Translations under genes and position numbers: made by a program
NCBI GenBank assembly: GCA_946965045.2
Contig: OX337231.1
Span: 1,178,001 to 1,242,000 of the forward strand
DNA from: Epithemia pelagica
Lineage: Eukaryota; Protista; Bacillariophyta
DNA length: 64,000 bases
Direction: 5' to 3'
Shown here: one piece after another, positions 44,119 to 56,451 of the stretch
Numbering within the stretch: position 1 is the stretch's first letter
Layout: every line of letters starts with the position of its first letter
Notes under the pieces: generated by a model
Database searches by the model: none
What the model was told of the DNA's origin: nothing
What the model saw: the letters and a program-made list of their open reading frames with translations, nothing else

Positions 44119-45847
44119 ATGAAGACCAACGACCTCCGTCGACGGTCAGCTCCAAGTCCTCGTCGTTCAGAAGATGCCTCTGAACAATCAGGATGGCCAC
44201 AGTTTCACTGGACACAACCGAATATCACCAACACTTCAACCTCCAGAACCTCCTCCTCCAGTCAATGTTCCATGGTTCGAATTGCGTCAGCACTCCTCGT
44301 CTTGTTTCTCGGCTCTCATTTTGCCGCTATAGTAAAGCATTGGATCCGTTTTCATCGTCACTTGGGCCATGCTGATGGGATACACCGACATGGTTTGGGT
44401 TTGTTATGGGAGGAAGATGCAATGCCGTCTGGACTTTCCTACCTGTTTGCCTTGTCCGATCAACCATCCGACTACGAACGAAACAAACAAGCCCATCTCA
44501 AGAAACTCAACAATGGCTATGTCTTTCACATTGTCTTTAGTACTGGTTGTAACGCCTTTCAAGATTGGCAATCCTATGCCTTTTTCTATCATGTCATGGC
44601 GTCGGGCTTTACTGGTAACGTATCAAGAACAAATTCAAGGACCCATGTCGAGTCAGTTCCACTTACATACCACTCCAGATTTCTCGTTTGAAGCAAGGAA
44701 CCAAACCCAGGGAAAGAAGTACAAGTTCTTCAACAAACCTTTTGGGATGCGTCATTGGATGACACACAGCCTCGGCTTTCCCATTCATACATCAGAAGAA
44801 TGGGACAAGACAATCGTTGTGTTGATGGATCCAGATCAATTTCTCATGCGTCCCTTTGAAAAGATTAATATGACAGACGAACGTGAATTGTGGAAAGACC
44901 CCAACGGGTATCGAGTGGTGGGAAAAGGCCAGCCTATGGGTGCCAATTATTGTTATGGAGGCAATTATATCAAGAATGACCTGAACGTTTCCGAGTTGCT
45001 GGAATTGCCCGAACTGGCTGCATCCAAAGATTCGGGGCTGCGTGACGCCACTCCCGAGTCCATGGCGTCACACTATGCGGTGGGGCCGCCCTATGTAGTG
45101 GAGGCTACCGATATGTTTCAGATTGTGCAGATGTGGGCTTCCTTGGTGGTTCCGATTCACCAACAAATGTACACGAATGGGACAGGCAATGTGTTTATGG
45201 CGGAAATGTATGCTTATTCTTGTGCTGCTGCACACTTGCATTTGCCCCATCAATTGTCACGATCCTTTATGATTTCGTCCACCATTGACCTACAAGGATG
45301 TTTTCGATGCGAAGCTTGGAACGATTGGGTGGATTACACGCCACGGTCATCACCCTCCAGATCACAAAACCTTGTCCCCGCTGGATTCTCGGGCACGACG
45401 ACGGCTCTCTCAACACGGAGGGAAACCCGTCCTTCCTCCATATGTTCCTTGGACTATGGTTGGGTTCCTCATAGCTTTCACTATTGCCAATATTATTATC
45501 TCGGTCCGTACAAGTTTTCCAAATACAAGGTACCATCGGGACACAATGAGTCGCACAAGAATTTCTTGTCTTGCGAACATGCCCTGTACGAGGAACCACC
45601 ACACAACATCATGACCTTGTACAATTCTTCCACCGACTTTTCCAACAAGTCCATTTCGTATTCCAGCATGCGAGAACGTCGTCGCATGGCATTTGCCCTT
45701 TGTCAAACTCTTCCGCGCATGAATGCGATGGCCACCTTTTACAAACAACACCATTGTCTTCGTTCAGCTGGCGACAGTTTGGACCTTACAACCAACGACG
45801 ACGCGCATACACATGCCAATTTCAGCAAAGTTTTTCGGTATGCCTAG
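44119..45847 (+). pseudogene. HPAT/SERGT (GT95/GT96)-like O-glycosyltransferase, frameshifted copy
   Basis: HIVFSTGCNAFQDWQ, NKPFGMRHW, MDPD, AEMYAY. Relative to 46835-48556 it lacks 56 nt at 44622/44623. Confidence 0.8.
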
Positions 45848-46834
45848 ACTTCAGAAACACAGAGAAGGATTCAATCGACTAAACAGGCAATGGGAGCGAT
45901 GAGTTTGTATGTTCGCATTGATAGAAGTCAGCACCGACACCGTCCCAAAATGCAACGCTTGATTTGGGATCAGAGGATGCAACTTCCTATGAATCTCGTC
46001 GAGTGATAGGCCGAAAGTGTTGGCTAACATAACGGAAGACGAAGGTTCCTTGCGGCAATGGTTTGAAATAGTGCTATGTACATAAATGGAGGAAAGAAGA
46101 CCAGGTATTTGTTATGAGAAATTTGTGGTGATCTTGGGCGGATTCAGTGTAAGAAATCACTCTTCATTAGTAAACATTATTGGCTCGCTTCCGACAAACA
46201 ATATTCTGTCATTCCCGGACCTCCGTTCGAAGTTCCTATGTTCCTATGGACAGTAATCTAAGTACCCCTATGATAGTATCAAGTAGGCGGCGCCCTAACA
46301 TTCGTGATTCAGTAGGAGTATTTCGGAGCTGTTGATCAGATCCTTGAATTTTTTTATCACCAATGCCATCTATGCATTGTTGTTCGTATTACAGAGTGGA
46401 AAGTGTCTATCCTAGTTTCAAGAATATTTCAAAATGATGATCCAATCCTGGTTATGGTTTCTCTCAAAGTTGAAAAAGTACAACTTGACAATCGTGGTTT
46501 AGTGTTCCACACCACTACGGCTAGGTAGTCTCTGTTCTGTTTCGTTCATCTTGCCACTGTCTGTCAGTTGTCTAAACGTTGTCGCCGTGTCTTGTTCACC
46601 GCACGAGTTTTGCTCTTCCACTACAAAAGAATCCTCGTGAGTTGCATCCTCCAAGCCATATTGTCTTTTACTCTTCATGCAGTACGCAGTAGCGGATGAA
46701 GATCTCACATTGTCATTGTGAACAATCGCATTGCGGTCATTTTTCTCAGTCATTTTAGAGAGGCAAATAGACTCAGCGTATCCATGCATAGCGAGTTGGA
46801 TTTCAGACGAGTATCTCGGTTGCTTGCCTGGGCC

Positions 46835-48556
46835 CTAGTAGGCGTGTCGAAAGACTTTGCTATAGTTTGCTGGTCGTTCGTTTGTATGGTTCGAGTCCCC
46901 CTTGTCACCATTCGAAACAGGGCAGTTATGGTCTTTGTAAAAGGTGGCCATGGCATTCATGCGCGGAAGGGTTTGGCAAAGTGAAAATGCAACGCGACGC
47001 CGTTGAGAGGGCGAAAGGGATGTTTTAGAAAAATCATCGGAATAGTTGTATACGTCCATAATGTTGTGCGGTGGCTCTTTATATAGTGGGTGTTCACACG
47101 ACAAAAAATTCTTTTTCGACTCCGCATGTCCAGACGGAACATTGTGTTTGAAAAACTTGTACGGACCGAGGCGATAGGATTGACAATAGTGAAAGCAATG
47201 TGGTATCCATTCATAGTCCAAGGAACAAATGGAGGAGGACGTTTGGTTGCTCTTTGGCTCTGTCGCACCCATAGTCGTAGCCACCGTATCGGTTGGGGCG
47301 TCGGATGGGACACGGTGCTGGGGTGTTGTTGGTGGTAAGGGTTCCGGTGTTTTCTCGATCCAATCGTACCAAGCTTCGCATCCTGCTGGTCCTTCGTGAT
47401 CGTTGGTCGCCGATATCATGAAGGATCGAGATAATTGATGGGGCAAGTGTAAATGCGCAGCAGCACAAGAATAGGCATACATTTCCGCCATGAACGGATT
47501 GCCTGTCCCATTCTTGTACATTTGTTGGTGAATAGGAACCACCAAGGTAGCCCACATCTGCACAATCTGAAACATATCAGTGGCTTCCACTACATAGGGC
47601 GGTCCCACGGCATAGTGTGACGCCATGGAATGAGGAGTGGCGTCACGCAACCCCGACATGGTGGAATCATCATTGGAGAGTTCGGGCATTTCCAGCAACT
47701 GGGAAACATTTAGGGCATTGTTGATATAATTGCCTCCATAGCAATACATGGCACCCATAGGCTGGCCTTTTCCCACCACTCGATATCCGTTGGGATCTTT
47801 CCACAATTCGCGTTCGTCCGTCATATTAATCTTTTCAAAGGGACGGATAAGAAATTCATCTGGATCCATCAACACAATGATCGTCTTGTCCCATTCTTGT
47901 GATGTATGATTGGGAAAGCCGAGGCTGTTTGTCATCCAATGACGCATCCCAAAAGGTTTGTTGAAGAACTTGTACTTCTTTCCCTGGGTTTGGTTCCTTG
48001 CTTCATACGAGAAATCTGGAGTGGTATGTAAGTGGAACTGACTCGACATGAGTCCTTGAATTTGTTCCTGATGCACTTTGCGTAATTGATTGGCTTCTTC
48101 TTGAGTGGAACACGAGGCAATCCTGGTAACGTCACCAGTAAAACCCGACGCCATAACATGATAGAAAAAGGCATAGGATTGCCAATCTTGAAAGGCGTTG
48201 CAACCAGTACTAAAGACAATGTGAAAGACGTAGCCATTGTTGAGTTCCTTGAGATGGGCTTGTTTCTTGCGCAAGGCGTCTTGTTTTGGGTCGGACCAAA
48301 GGGAGGATAACACCTCCTCCAATGGAAGTTCCAAATAATGACCCATCTCATCATGGAATCGACTCCAATAATGAACAATGGCCGCCAGATGGGAAGCAAG
48401 TGCCAATACCAGTAGGACAGACCCTATCCGAACTGACCAGAATTTGCGGGTGGTGGTCGTCCAGACTCGTTCTTCAGGAAGAGGACGAGTATTTGGGTCC
48501 AGAGATGATGACCTTGGATACGGGTGACGGGTTTTCATTGTGCTCGTCGTATTCAT
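46835..48556 (-). CDS. HPAT/SERGT (GT95/GT96)-like peptidyl O-glycosyltransferase, intact copy
   Basis: Same motifs as the frameshifted copy; N-terminal transmembrane helix; uninterrupted 573-aa ORF. Confidence 0.8.
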   Translation of the reverse strand: MNTTSTMKTRHPYPRSSSLDPNTRPLPEERVWTTTTRKFWSVRIGSVLLVLALASHLAAIVHYWSRFHDEMGHYLELPLEEVLSSLWSDPKQDALRKKQAHLKELNNGYVFHIVFSTGCNAFQDWQSYAFFYHVMASGFTGDVTRIASCSTQEEANQLRKVHQEQIQGLMSSQFHLHTTPDFSYEARNQTQGKKYKFFNKPFGMRHWMTNSLGFPNHTSQEWDKTIIVLMDPDEFLIRPFEKINMTDERELWKDPNGYRVVGKGQPMGAMYCYGGNYINNALNVSQLLEMPELSNDDSTMSGLRDATPHSMASHYAVGPPYVVEATDMFQIVQMWATLVVPIHQQMYKNGTGNPFMAEMYAYSCAAAHLHLPHQLSRSFMISATNDHEGPAGCEAWYDWIEKTPEPLPPTTPQHRVPSDAPTDTVATTMGATEPKSNQTSSSICSLDYEWIPHCFHYCQSYRLGPYKFFKHNVPSGHAESKKNFLSCEHPLYKEPPHNIMDVYNYSDDFSKTSLSPSQRRRVAFSLCQTLPRMNAMATFYKDHNCPVSNGDKGDSNHTNERPANYSKVFRHAY

Positions 48557-49173
48557 TGTTCATTGTTGTGGTTGCCGTGGCCATGTTGTTCCGAACTTTG
48601 AAGACTTTGTCTAAAAAAATGAGACATTGATGACTTAAATAATCGCCTGCCGTCGCGTCATTTTGTGTCGTTGCGACAGGGCACCTGTTGTTAAAGCCGG
48701 GTCACCGTACTAGTACCAAATCCTGGGGATCTCGCCACACAATTTTTAGTCGTGACACCGCATGCACATCGAAGTCCATATAGAGTCCTAAGTCCCAAAC
48801 CCCAAACTGGTTTTGGTAAGAGGAGGTTCAAGAATGATCCATTAATTACGGAAGGGTTATTTGCTAGTATGAGAAGGTGCAAGGATGATCCATTACGGAC
48901 GTGCTATTTTGCTTATACACTTCCTATTTCGATTTGCCAGACTGGCGGGAGCGCACCACAAGTTCATCCTTCGGACGTGGAATGTACTCTTTTCGTTGCT
49001 GGGCCTTATATGGAAGTCCTACTCTAGAGGGTAGTCTATGGCGCCTTTCATCCGTCTGAAAGTGAAGGGTCCAAATGGGAAGCAGCGGCAGCAAAGAACC
49101 TGCACTTCATTAGGGTTGCATCCATGGTGCAACAACTCCGTATCTCCAATCTCATAATACACCCCATAATGCT

Positions 49174-50655
49174 TCACATGAATCCAGAATGTGGATTGTC
49201 ATGTAACATTTGGGCACTTGCTTTGCCATCCAGAAACAATGCGTCCACTTGTTGGATATCGTCCACTTCGATCCGGGTCCGTCCCACGGTTTCGGCCAAA
49301 ATACTGGCGGGTGTCAAGAGTTGGACGGCATAGCGCAAGGACGTGCCTTCTCCAATCCCCGCCAAGCTGATCAAGGCCTCATGAGACAATGCCAGACCTT
49401 CGGTTTTGGCACGAATGGCGACAATTCGTTGAATTTCGTCTCGTGAATAGGGATGGGTTGGAATAATCAAGAGTCGATCCAACAAATCCACCGGAATCCC
49501 ATGCGGACTCAGCATCATGTCATTGCTACTACTACTGTTGTGCATATCCAGTGTACTACTCCCTCGAATCTTGGTAATCCCCCGATTGGTAGCCAATACG
49601 ACAATGGGAGCAATCGTGGATTCCAAACTCCGATTCAAATAGGTAAAGGACTCCAAATCCAACATGTGTACTTCGTCAATAAACAAGACACCGGGAACCA
49701 ATTCCGCCACACCTTCATCAATATACCGCTGGACAACCTTGTTGATTTCCTCTCGCAACTTGTCGGTAATTTCCGTCTTTTTGGGTTTCCCCATGGAGGC
49801 AATGAGGGCCATGACATCTTTGCGCGTCGAGGAACTATGATGCGGTTGGGCATTGGCCACATCCAAATCATGCAACGAGACATCCTGCACCACTTGTTTC
49901 TTTTTGTGCACATCGCCCTTGGGTAAGGGCACGTATTCCTCGGCTTCCAAATCAAATTCCGTGGCAAAACTATCGGATCGTCCCACACGTTTGACGGCAC
50001 CCGAATTGGCCTCGATAAAAATAACATCCCCCACTTGCACTTGTTCCTTGACGAGGGAATCGTACATGGTAGGATCCAATTTGAGCGTCTTGGTCCCCTT
50101 GGCCGTTTTGAGTGTCAGCAATACATGCGAAATGCTCTTGCCGTACGAGGAGGAGGCACCAGACAAGGGATCTTGCGTTTCTTCGACGGACAATTCCGTC
50201 ACTTCTCCTTCATACACTTCCTTGGATTCGCGGATCCGAAGTCCAATCGCCTTGCGAAAATGTTCCATGAGCATTTCCGTCTTTTTGACTTCTTTGGAGT
50301 AGACTTGCGATGCGACAAAGGGTACAAAGGGTGTGGAGGAACCCAATTCTTTGGCCATGGCCAAGGCAATGGCCGTCTTGCCCGTGCCGGGAGGACCCAC
50401 CAGCAACAAGGCTCGTCCCGCAAAATTCGACGCCTGAATCAAATCCACCACCAATCCTGCCGCCTCGCGTGCCTTGGTTTGACCAATCAACCCACACGAT
50501 CGACTCGTAGCGGTGGTGGTGGTGGTGGTTGCTTCATCCTCCAAGAGTTCCGAGCAGTAGCCTTGCTCATTCAATCCCAATCCGGTAATGTGGGTATGAG
50601 CCGCCACTCGATCCGACACGGACGCCGCAGAAGAAGATTTCGGTGCTGGAGCCAT
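49174..50655 (-). CDS. RUVBL1: RuvB-like 1 (Pontin/Rvb1) AAA+ ATPase
   Basis: [55 protein letters not shown]. Likely ATG at 50655. Confidence 0.97.
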   Translation of the reverse strand: MAPAPKSSSAASVSDRVAAHTHITGLGLNEQGYCSELLEDEATTTTTTATSRSCGLIGQTKAREAAGLVVDLIQASNFAGRALLLVGPPGTGKTAIALAMAKELGSSTPFVPFVASQVYSKEVKKTEMLMEHFRKAIGLRIRESKEVYEGEVTELSVEETQDPLSGASSSYGKSISHVLLTLKTAKGTKTLKLDPTMYDSLVKEQVQVGDVIFIEANSGAVKRVGRSDSFATEFDLEAEEYVPLPKGDVHKKKQVVQDVSLHDLDVANAQPHHSSSTRKDVMALIASMGKPKKTEITDKLREEINKVVQRYIDEGVAELVPGVLFIDEVHMLDLESFTYLNRSLESTIAPIVVLATNRGITKIRGSSTLDMHNSSSSNDMMLSPHGIPVDLLDRLLIIPTHPYSRDEIQRIVAIRAKTEGLALSHEALISLAGIGEGTSLRYAVQLLTPASILAETVGRTRIEVDDIQQVDALFLDGKASAQMLHDNPHSGFM

Positions 50656-51517
50656 GTCTGCTGTTCGTGCCGTTCCAACGTCGATGCGAAGAGAGGGGAA
50701 GCCTTTGACGACCAATGTCGGACCAAAAAGGATTCTTGTGGAGAACAAAAGATCCACCCCCCAAAAAGGGCAAGGCGGAGGTGGTCGTGGGGGGGGCGCC
50801 CCCCTCCATTTTTAGAAGCACAGGCACGGAGCATGGCTCACGCGCACATATCTTCTTCACCGCAAAATGTTAAATGTTGTCTCATCCTGTCTGAGACAAT
50901 CCCTGGGTATCAGGACTGTTGTTGACGGAATGGGTCCATACTCCGATTTTGACTCTCATGAGACCGGTTGTGCTCGGACTCTGGGTTCTCTCTATCTGTC
51001 ACTCATGTCCCACCCAACAAAGGAAAGACGACAGCATGCTTTGTGTTTTTGCAAAACCATGTTCCAGGAAAAGCCCTTGGTTTCTCGCCATCACCGTCTC
51101 AATGGAGGACGTACGTGGACGGGATACTCTCTCCACTCAAAGTCAGATCCAGTGAAGCTGACGACCTTGTCCGTCGGTGGAGAAGGGTCCATTCCATTTT
51201 GATATCAGGGTGGACGAGAATGAAACGGCAAAACCTACTCGTCCCTGCTTCTCAAAGACGCCCTCGAGATGGCAATCCAAAGTTGCACATTTGTTCCATT
51301 GACGTGGTGAATATCTCCAATCTTCCAGACCTAGGACAAAAGATATTCATTGTAGAGAAATCTCCAGAAATAAAATGAATCGTGCACATCGGCAGATGAT
51401 GATGCTAGCATATGGTGGGACCAACAACATTTCTAGTATAGCGTTTTCTCGTGACTTGAATGGAACCCATGTTTCAAAACTAAATAACGTTCCCATCTAG
51501 ATTGTTTCCTGCTTATG

Positions 51518-54445
51518 TCAAAGGGATGTAATACGTTTCCCTTGAATCTCCACATTGTCAATATAGACGCGATCATTGTTGGCTGACGCATCGCAACGAA
51601 ACTGAAGAAACAAGGTCGGTCTATGAATCGCAAACACCACGACATTCTCCGAGTGCACAATACGGTTGCGAAAATAAAAGACTCCGTCACCTTCCAGTCC
51701 TCCTCCTGTACCACTAATATAGTGAGCCTGTGAGACCCAGTTTGTCCCATCCATGGAGGATTCCAAGAAAAAGTCTTCTCCATCCTCCATGCTCCAGGGG
51801 AAAAAGTCAAACGAAACTTGAATGTGTGAATACAATCCCACGGCCAGTGGGTCCGTCGTCATGCGCGACGATGCTGTATTGTCCCGCAGTCGCATCGAGT
51901 ACCATCCCGACGGAGAAAACCGACTATATACACGATGTACATCAGGACCATGGTTGGTCTTCCAAATCCCCCAATCCGTTTCAAAATCTTCCGGTCCATT
52001 AATCACCTCCCAGGAAGGGTCTTCCCATTCCACCAAGAGTCGTGGACCATTTCCGGTTTCGGCCGAGTCAAAGTCCCACCCATCATTCACATTGTTGATC
52101 AACACCCAACCGTGATTGGGAGTACCGGATAACCACAATCGTACATCTGAAGTTACATCCGCCGTAACGACACCCGATCCAGGAGGTTCCACAAACGAAA
52201 AAGATGCTACTGCACTGGCCTCGATTCCATCGTTGGTAATGCCATTTCCTCCAAAGGTATTCCATTTAACATTCGAATCGATCCATGCCACAAACATGCG
52301 ATAGGCTGACACGGTTCCCGGGGAATAGTTGTTGCAATGGATTTCCAACGTGGCAGAAACGAGGAAAGCTCCAACAGGTATCTCGTCGTCAAGTCCTGGA
52401 AACTGGAGCAATGCCATGGCTTCTCCACCACCATCGTTCTTGTCCACGGTTATGTCTTGCAGACTACCAAAATTTAAATTAGGATGCACCTGCCAAATTT
52501 GACTGTCCACGGCATGAAACGTCAAGGATGAACCAAGGGGAGGTGGCGTGTAGAATACAGTGAGTACAGGTCCACTGGCTGTTTCGGCCGAGTCAAAATC
52601 CCATCCGTCATTCAGATTGCTCCTCAACACCCAACCTTGATTGGGCGCGCCCGACAACCACAAGCTGACATCCGTAGTCACATCCGCCGTCACCAAGCCA
52701 GATCCTGGAGGTTCCACGAAGCGAAAGGATGGCGTCGAACTTGCTTGGACACCATCGATCGCAACTCCATTGTCAAAGGTATTCCATGTCACATGATCCA
52801 CATTCCATGCAAGCAACATTCGGTAGGCTGACACTGTACCAGGAGAATCATTGCTACAATGAATTGCCAGCGATGCCGAAACAAGAGACGATCCTACAGG
52901 AATGGAGAGTCCAGGAAACTTGATCAATCCTATGGCAATGCCTCCACCATCCTCCAGATCGACTGTAATGCGACGAAGACTACCATAATTGGTGTTTGGG
53001 TTGACTTGCCAAATTTGTGTGTCTTCTGCATCAAAAGTCGTCCACAATGGCACTTGATGAGGATGAGTTTGTCGTTCCAGAGCCACAGCATCGGGGTTGA
53101 TGAGAACCGTCATGGACGAGGGGGATCCCTGACTGCTGGTCACAAGAATGCTTCCAGGAGCAAAATCGACCAGTTCCGACAAATCAAACAACCCCGTCCC
53201 CTCGGACCCTACCGTCGTGCTTCCAATCCGAATTTTATCACTGCCATCAGGCCTCATACTCCAAATTTCACCACTCGCGTTGTCCTCATTGACAAACACA
53301 ATGCCTTCCGGGTACGTTGTCGACCCCAGAGTGGTGGGATGAGTCCAATCTACATTGTCGGGGCTATTGAGGTTGCTAGAAATGGACCCCGCAACTTTGG
53401 TCAAGGTAAAACTTGAGGATTCGGCGTCAAAGTTTCCCAAACTAAAATCCAGCGTGAACTGAAAGACAAAGACTCCACTCCGTTGTACACCAAGGACGAC
53501 TCGCGTCGGATCAGATGGTGACGTGTCGATATCTTCGAGTTTCACAGCCTCGAGTGCTCCTGTGGTGGATACACCAAAGGAGCCATCCACCACGGTGCCA
53601 CCTACAGACTCGGGAAGACTGGCTTTGAGATGAAACCAGTATCCATAGGCCAATCCGTTGCGGGCCAAAAACGAATTAGAAGCATTACCATTGGCATCTT
53701 TCCCCTTGATCCCAATATACAATTTCATCCGCTTGGTTCCTCCATCGGGTGATAAGAGGAGTGCCACATGTGTCGTTTCCCCTGTATCAATCAAGGCGGC
53801 ATTCTCCCAACTATCCAAGGGCATTCCACCCGTTCCTCCCCCCGGCGCCGATCCAGTGACTCCACTCAATATGTAGAGAGTGCGGGTACTACTGTCGAGA
53901 GCGACCAAACGGCCCGTTGTCGTAAAGCATTCTTCTCCTGTAATATACACATGATCGACAAATCCTCGGTTTGGTCCAAACGTGTTGGGTTCATAGGCTT
54001 GACTGGAACAAAATCGACAGAATCGATGGCTGCTTCCCACTGGAGGGACAATGGACGAGTAGGCACGCCGGGCATTTTGGACAAAGGGAACTCCCCCTGT
54101 AGTTCCTCCATCCATCATATTGTAAATGGCCGACTTGAGAGCTTCCTTGTTGACATCCACTTCACTAATCTTAGCATTGGTTGTCTCATGGTTCACGTGG
54201 ATCCGAATGGTATTGGAGTCAGCCAAGAATGCACCACCACCATCAAAGGCCCCCGGCATGGTCCATCCAGATGATCCCTTACTGTCTCCTTGAGTAATGA
54301 TTTCAAATGCTTTCCATCCATTGTCCGGTGTAATTCGTGCCACGCCACCATCCAGGCCCAGTGCCACTGGCAAGAAGGACCCGGTCAGCCACAACAAGAC
54401 GACGGTGATGATCGACCGAGAAGAGACTCTTGTTTTCGTTGGCAT
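51518..54445 (-). CDS. Secreted 975-aa protein: PhoX/DUF839-like propeller + two DNRLRE-like domains + C-terminal beta-sandwich
   Basis: Signal peptide; VNHE, FCSS, GEE, WEN, EDI, SPDN motifs; two internal repeats DxQIWQVxPNxNxGS...TWN...GWDFDSAET; no introns. Confidence 0.6.
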   Translation of the reverse strand: MPTKTRVSSRSIITVVLLWLTGSFLPVALGLDGGVARITPDNGWKAFEIITQGDSKGSSGWTMPGAFDGGGAFLADSNTIRIHVNHETTNAKISEVDVNKEALKSAIYNMMDGGTTGGVPFVQNARRAYSSIVPPVGSSHRFCRFCSSQAYEPNTFGPNRGFVDHVYITGEECFTTTGRLVALDSSTRTLYILSGVTGSAPGGGTGGMPLDSWENAALIDTGETTHVALLLSPDGGTKRMKLYIGIKGKDANGNASNSFLARNGLAYGYWFHLKASLPESVGGTVVDGSFGVSTTGALEAVKLEDIDTSPSDPTRVVLGVQRSGVFVFQFTLDFSLGNFDAESSSFTLTKVAGSISSNLNSPDNVDWTHPTTLGSTTYPEGIVFVNEDNASGEIWSMRPDGSDKIRIGSTTVGSEGTGLFDLSELVDFAPGSILVTSSQGSPSSMTVLINPDAVALERQTHPHQVPLWTTFDAEDTQIWQVNPNTNYGSLRRITVDLEDGGGIAIGLIKFPGLSIPVGSSLVSASLAIHCSNDSPGTVSAYRMLLAWNVDHVTWNTFDNGVAIDGVQASSTPSFRFVEPPGSGLVTADVTTDVSLWLSGAPNQGWVLRSNLNDGWDFDSAETASGPVLTVFYTPPPLGSSLTFHAVDSQIWQVHPNLNFGSLQDITVDKNDGGGEAMALLQFPGLDDEIPVGAFLVSATLEIHCNNYSPGTVSAYRMFVAWIDSNVKWNTFGGNGITNDGIEASAVASFSFVEPPGSGVVTADVTSDVRLWLSGTPNHGWVLINNVNDGWDFDSAETGNGPRLLVEWEDPSWEVINGPEDFETDWGIWKTNHGPDVHRVYSRFSPSGWYSMRLRDNTASSRMTTDPLAVGLYSHIQVSFDFFPWSMEDGEDFFLESSMDGTNWVSQAHYISGTGGGLEGDGVFYFRNRIVHSENVVVFAIHRPTLFLQFRCDASANNDRVYIDNVEIQGKRITSL

Positions 54446-55092
54446 GTCCAGGGAAAAGAGGATGCTGAATACCAGAGAAAATGAGCCCAGATTAAGAAGT
54501 GGTCACTCGTAAACTTGATATTTGAGTGTTCCATGGTTGACTCAGAGGGCATTCTTTTTTCAGTTCAAGACACGTCCACTCCAAGTGAGGCGAATTTTTG
54601 CAGAACTCCATCATTCCTGGAATGCTTCATTCGTTGAGAGGCGTCGGTGAAAGATACAAGGGTTGCTAGATGCCACAACAACGCCGAAAGCCAACGCTTG
54701 ACTCTCACGCTGCCCTCTGTCGGTCGTGGCAGGATTACGACAGGATTGATGCGCTGAATATGGAAACACATGCATGGTGACTTGTCATCGTTTTTCATAC
54801 GAGGAGTAGGTAAATTTATTCGATTCTGCAATTTTGCGTGTGACAACTCCGTCCGTTGTTTCATCCTTCTCCATTTGTAAGGTTACTTGTACCATGTGCT
54901 TTCTCTCATATTCTGATACTCCCAAGCTCTTATGAGTCGCACTTTGATCCTTTGGTTTATAGGATTTATTGGATAAAGACAGTGGCAGCATGTCAACGTT
55001 TCAATTGTACCGCTTGGGATTCGATTCTTTTAAATGCGACCGAAGTGACGTTGAAGATCGCCCCAAATTTACAATTTCTGTGTCAAAGCAAC

Positions 55093-56451
55093 ATGGTGGA
55101 AGAAGCAATGCAACCGTACGACGACAACGACAAGAAGCCGGATCCGCCTGGTACCACGCGTCCCGAGTATGAGATTATTGTTGCGAAATACAAGGCCTTG
55201 ATCGACGTTCCTCGAGATGAGAAGGGCTTTCGCGACGAGGATATCACCCGCGAACGTGTCGACGACTTGTTCGATCCGGACCTGGTTCGTGAGGTGGAAG
55301 GCGAAGAGAAAATATCGACCAAAGAAGATGTTTTGCAGGAAATGATCAATTTGGGCCGCTGTTCCGAAGTGAAATTTCAGATTTTTCGCTACAAACAAGT
55401 GGCACCCGATGTGATTGACTATTATTTGCGCTATGCGACGGACACGGACCAGTTTGTGATGAAGGGCGTTTCCTATTTTCGAAACGGCAAGGTTTATAAA
55501 GTACAGGTTAAGCGAACGACGGTCAATAAGGTTCCAGGCCAACATTCAGCGGAAAAAGACACGCCCTTGACGACAGGCGAGACAGAACGAGACTTTGGAT
55601 GTCGCATTCACGAATTGCCTTCCATGGTGCATGGCAAACTTTTGGGGAGGGAGCAAAATATGATCCCCGTGGAAGAAAAGTATGAACTTCTGCGCATCTT
55701 TATGGAATATGAGCATGAGAAAGCCGAGTCCATACGGGGATTGCTGAAACAAACCTTTTTGTTTTGGCGCGACGATTTTACACTGCGTCTCATGGACAGC
55801 AACTTGAATCCCTATGTCGACGGAGCCTGTTTTCATGTGAGCAAACGAGCAGGAGGGTCCTTACGAATCACCTTGTTGGATGGGAAACAGAATGTGATTG
55901 CCTTTAGCGAAAAGCATCATGGACAAGGATTCTACACCATCTTTGGCAGCACGGCCTTGCTGGACGGAGGAGATGACCATGCAGTTTCGCAGCCCAAAAT
56001 GGAACAAGTGGATAGTGCCAAATCACCCCAACCCTTTTTTCCTTGGCTTCGACTGCAAATGAGCAAGACGTTGGAGGGATGCTTGTATTTTGTATCCGTT
56101 ATTACGTATACAGTCGCCATGGGGGACAACGACAATGACAAGCAACGAACCGTCGAGTTTGAACCCTTGTACAAGATTTCCCAAGAGTCCGACAATAGCA
56201 ACACTGTATCGTTGACCATTTGCGATTATTACGAATCCAAGGATCATTTGGGAGTCATCAAGAAGACTCCATCAAAGCATTCAACAAGTCATGACGATCA
56301 TGCACCACCGCGGATCGAAGTCAATGTGGCTCCAGGAGTAGACCCCGCTTTGGTTTTGTTTCTGGCCGCATGCTTGGAAACCATGGACTTGACGTCGTCG
56401 TCCAAGAGAAAGATCCACTGCCCTGTCGTCCAAGGGGTCTTCCATACATAG
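55093..56451 (+). CDS. Protein with C-terminal LURP-one/Tubby-C/scramblase-like domain
   Basis: FLFWRDDF...ITLLDG and IEVNVAPGVDPALVLFLAACL. Unrecognised in-frame introns are possible. Confidence 0.5.
   Translation: MVEEAMQPYDDNDKKPDPPGTTRPEYEIIVAKYKALIDVPRDEKGFRDEDITRERVDDLFDPDLVREVEGEEKISTKEDVLQEMINLGRCSEVKFQIFRYKQVAPDVIDYYLRYATDTDQFVMKGVSYFRNGKVYKVQVKRTTVNKVPGQHSAEKDTPLTTGETERDFGCRIHELPSMVHGKLLGREQNMIPVEEKYELLRIFMEYEHEKAESIRGLLKQTFLFWRDDFTLRLMDSNLNPYVDGACFHVSKRAGGSLRITLLDGKQNVIAFSEKHHGQGFYTIFGSTALLDGGDDHAVSQPKMEQVDSAKSPQPFFPWLRLQMSKTLEGCLYFVSVITYTVAMGDNDNDKQRTVEFEPLYKISQESDNSNTVSLTICDYYESKDHLGVIKKTPSKHSTSHDDHAPPRIEVNVAPGVDPALVLFLAACLETMDLTSSSKRKIHCPVVQGVFHT

Noticed and set aside
50035-50925. 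296-aa antisense ORF over RUVBL1, and similar long antisense ORFs over other host genes
   Set aside because: They are expected from codon bias on the opposite strand of conserved genes.
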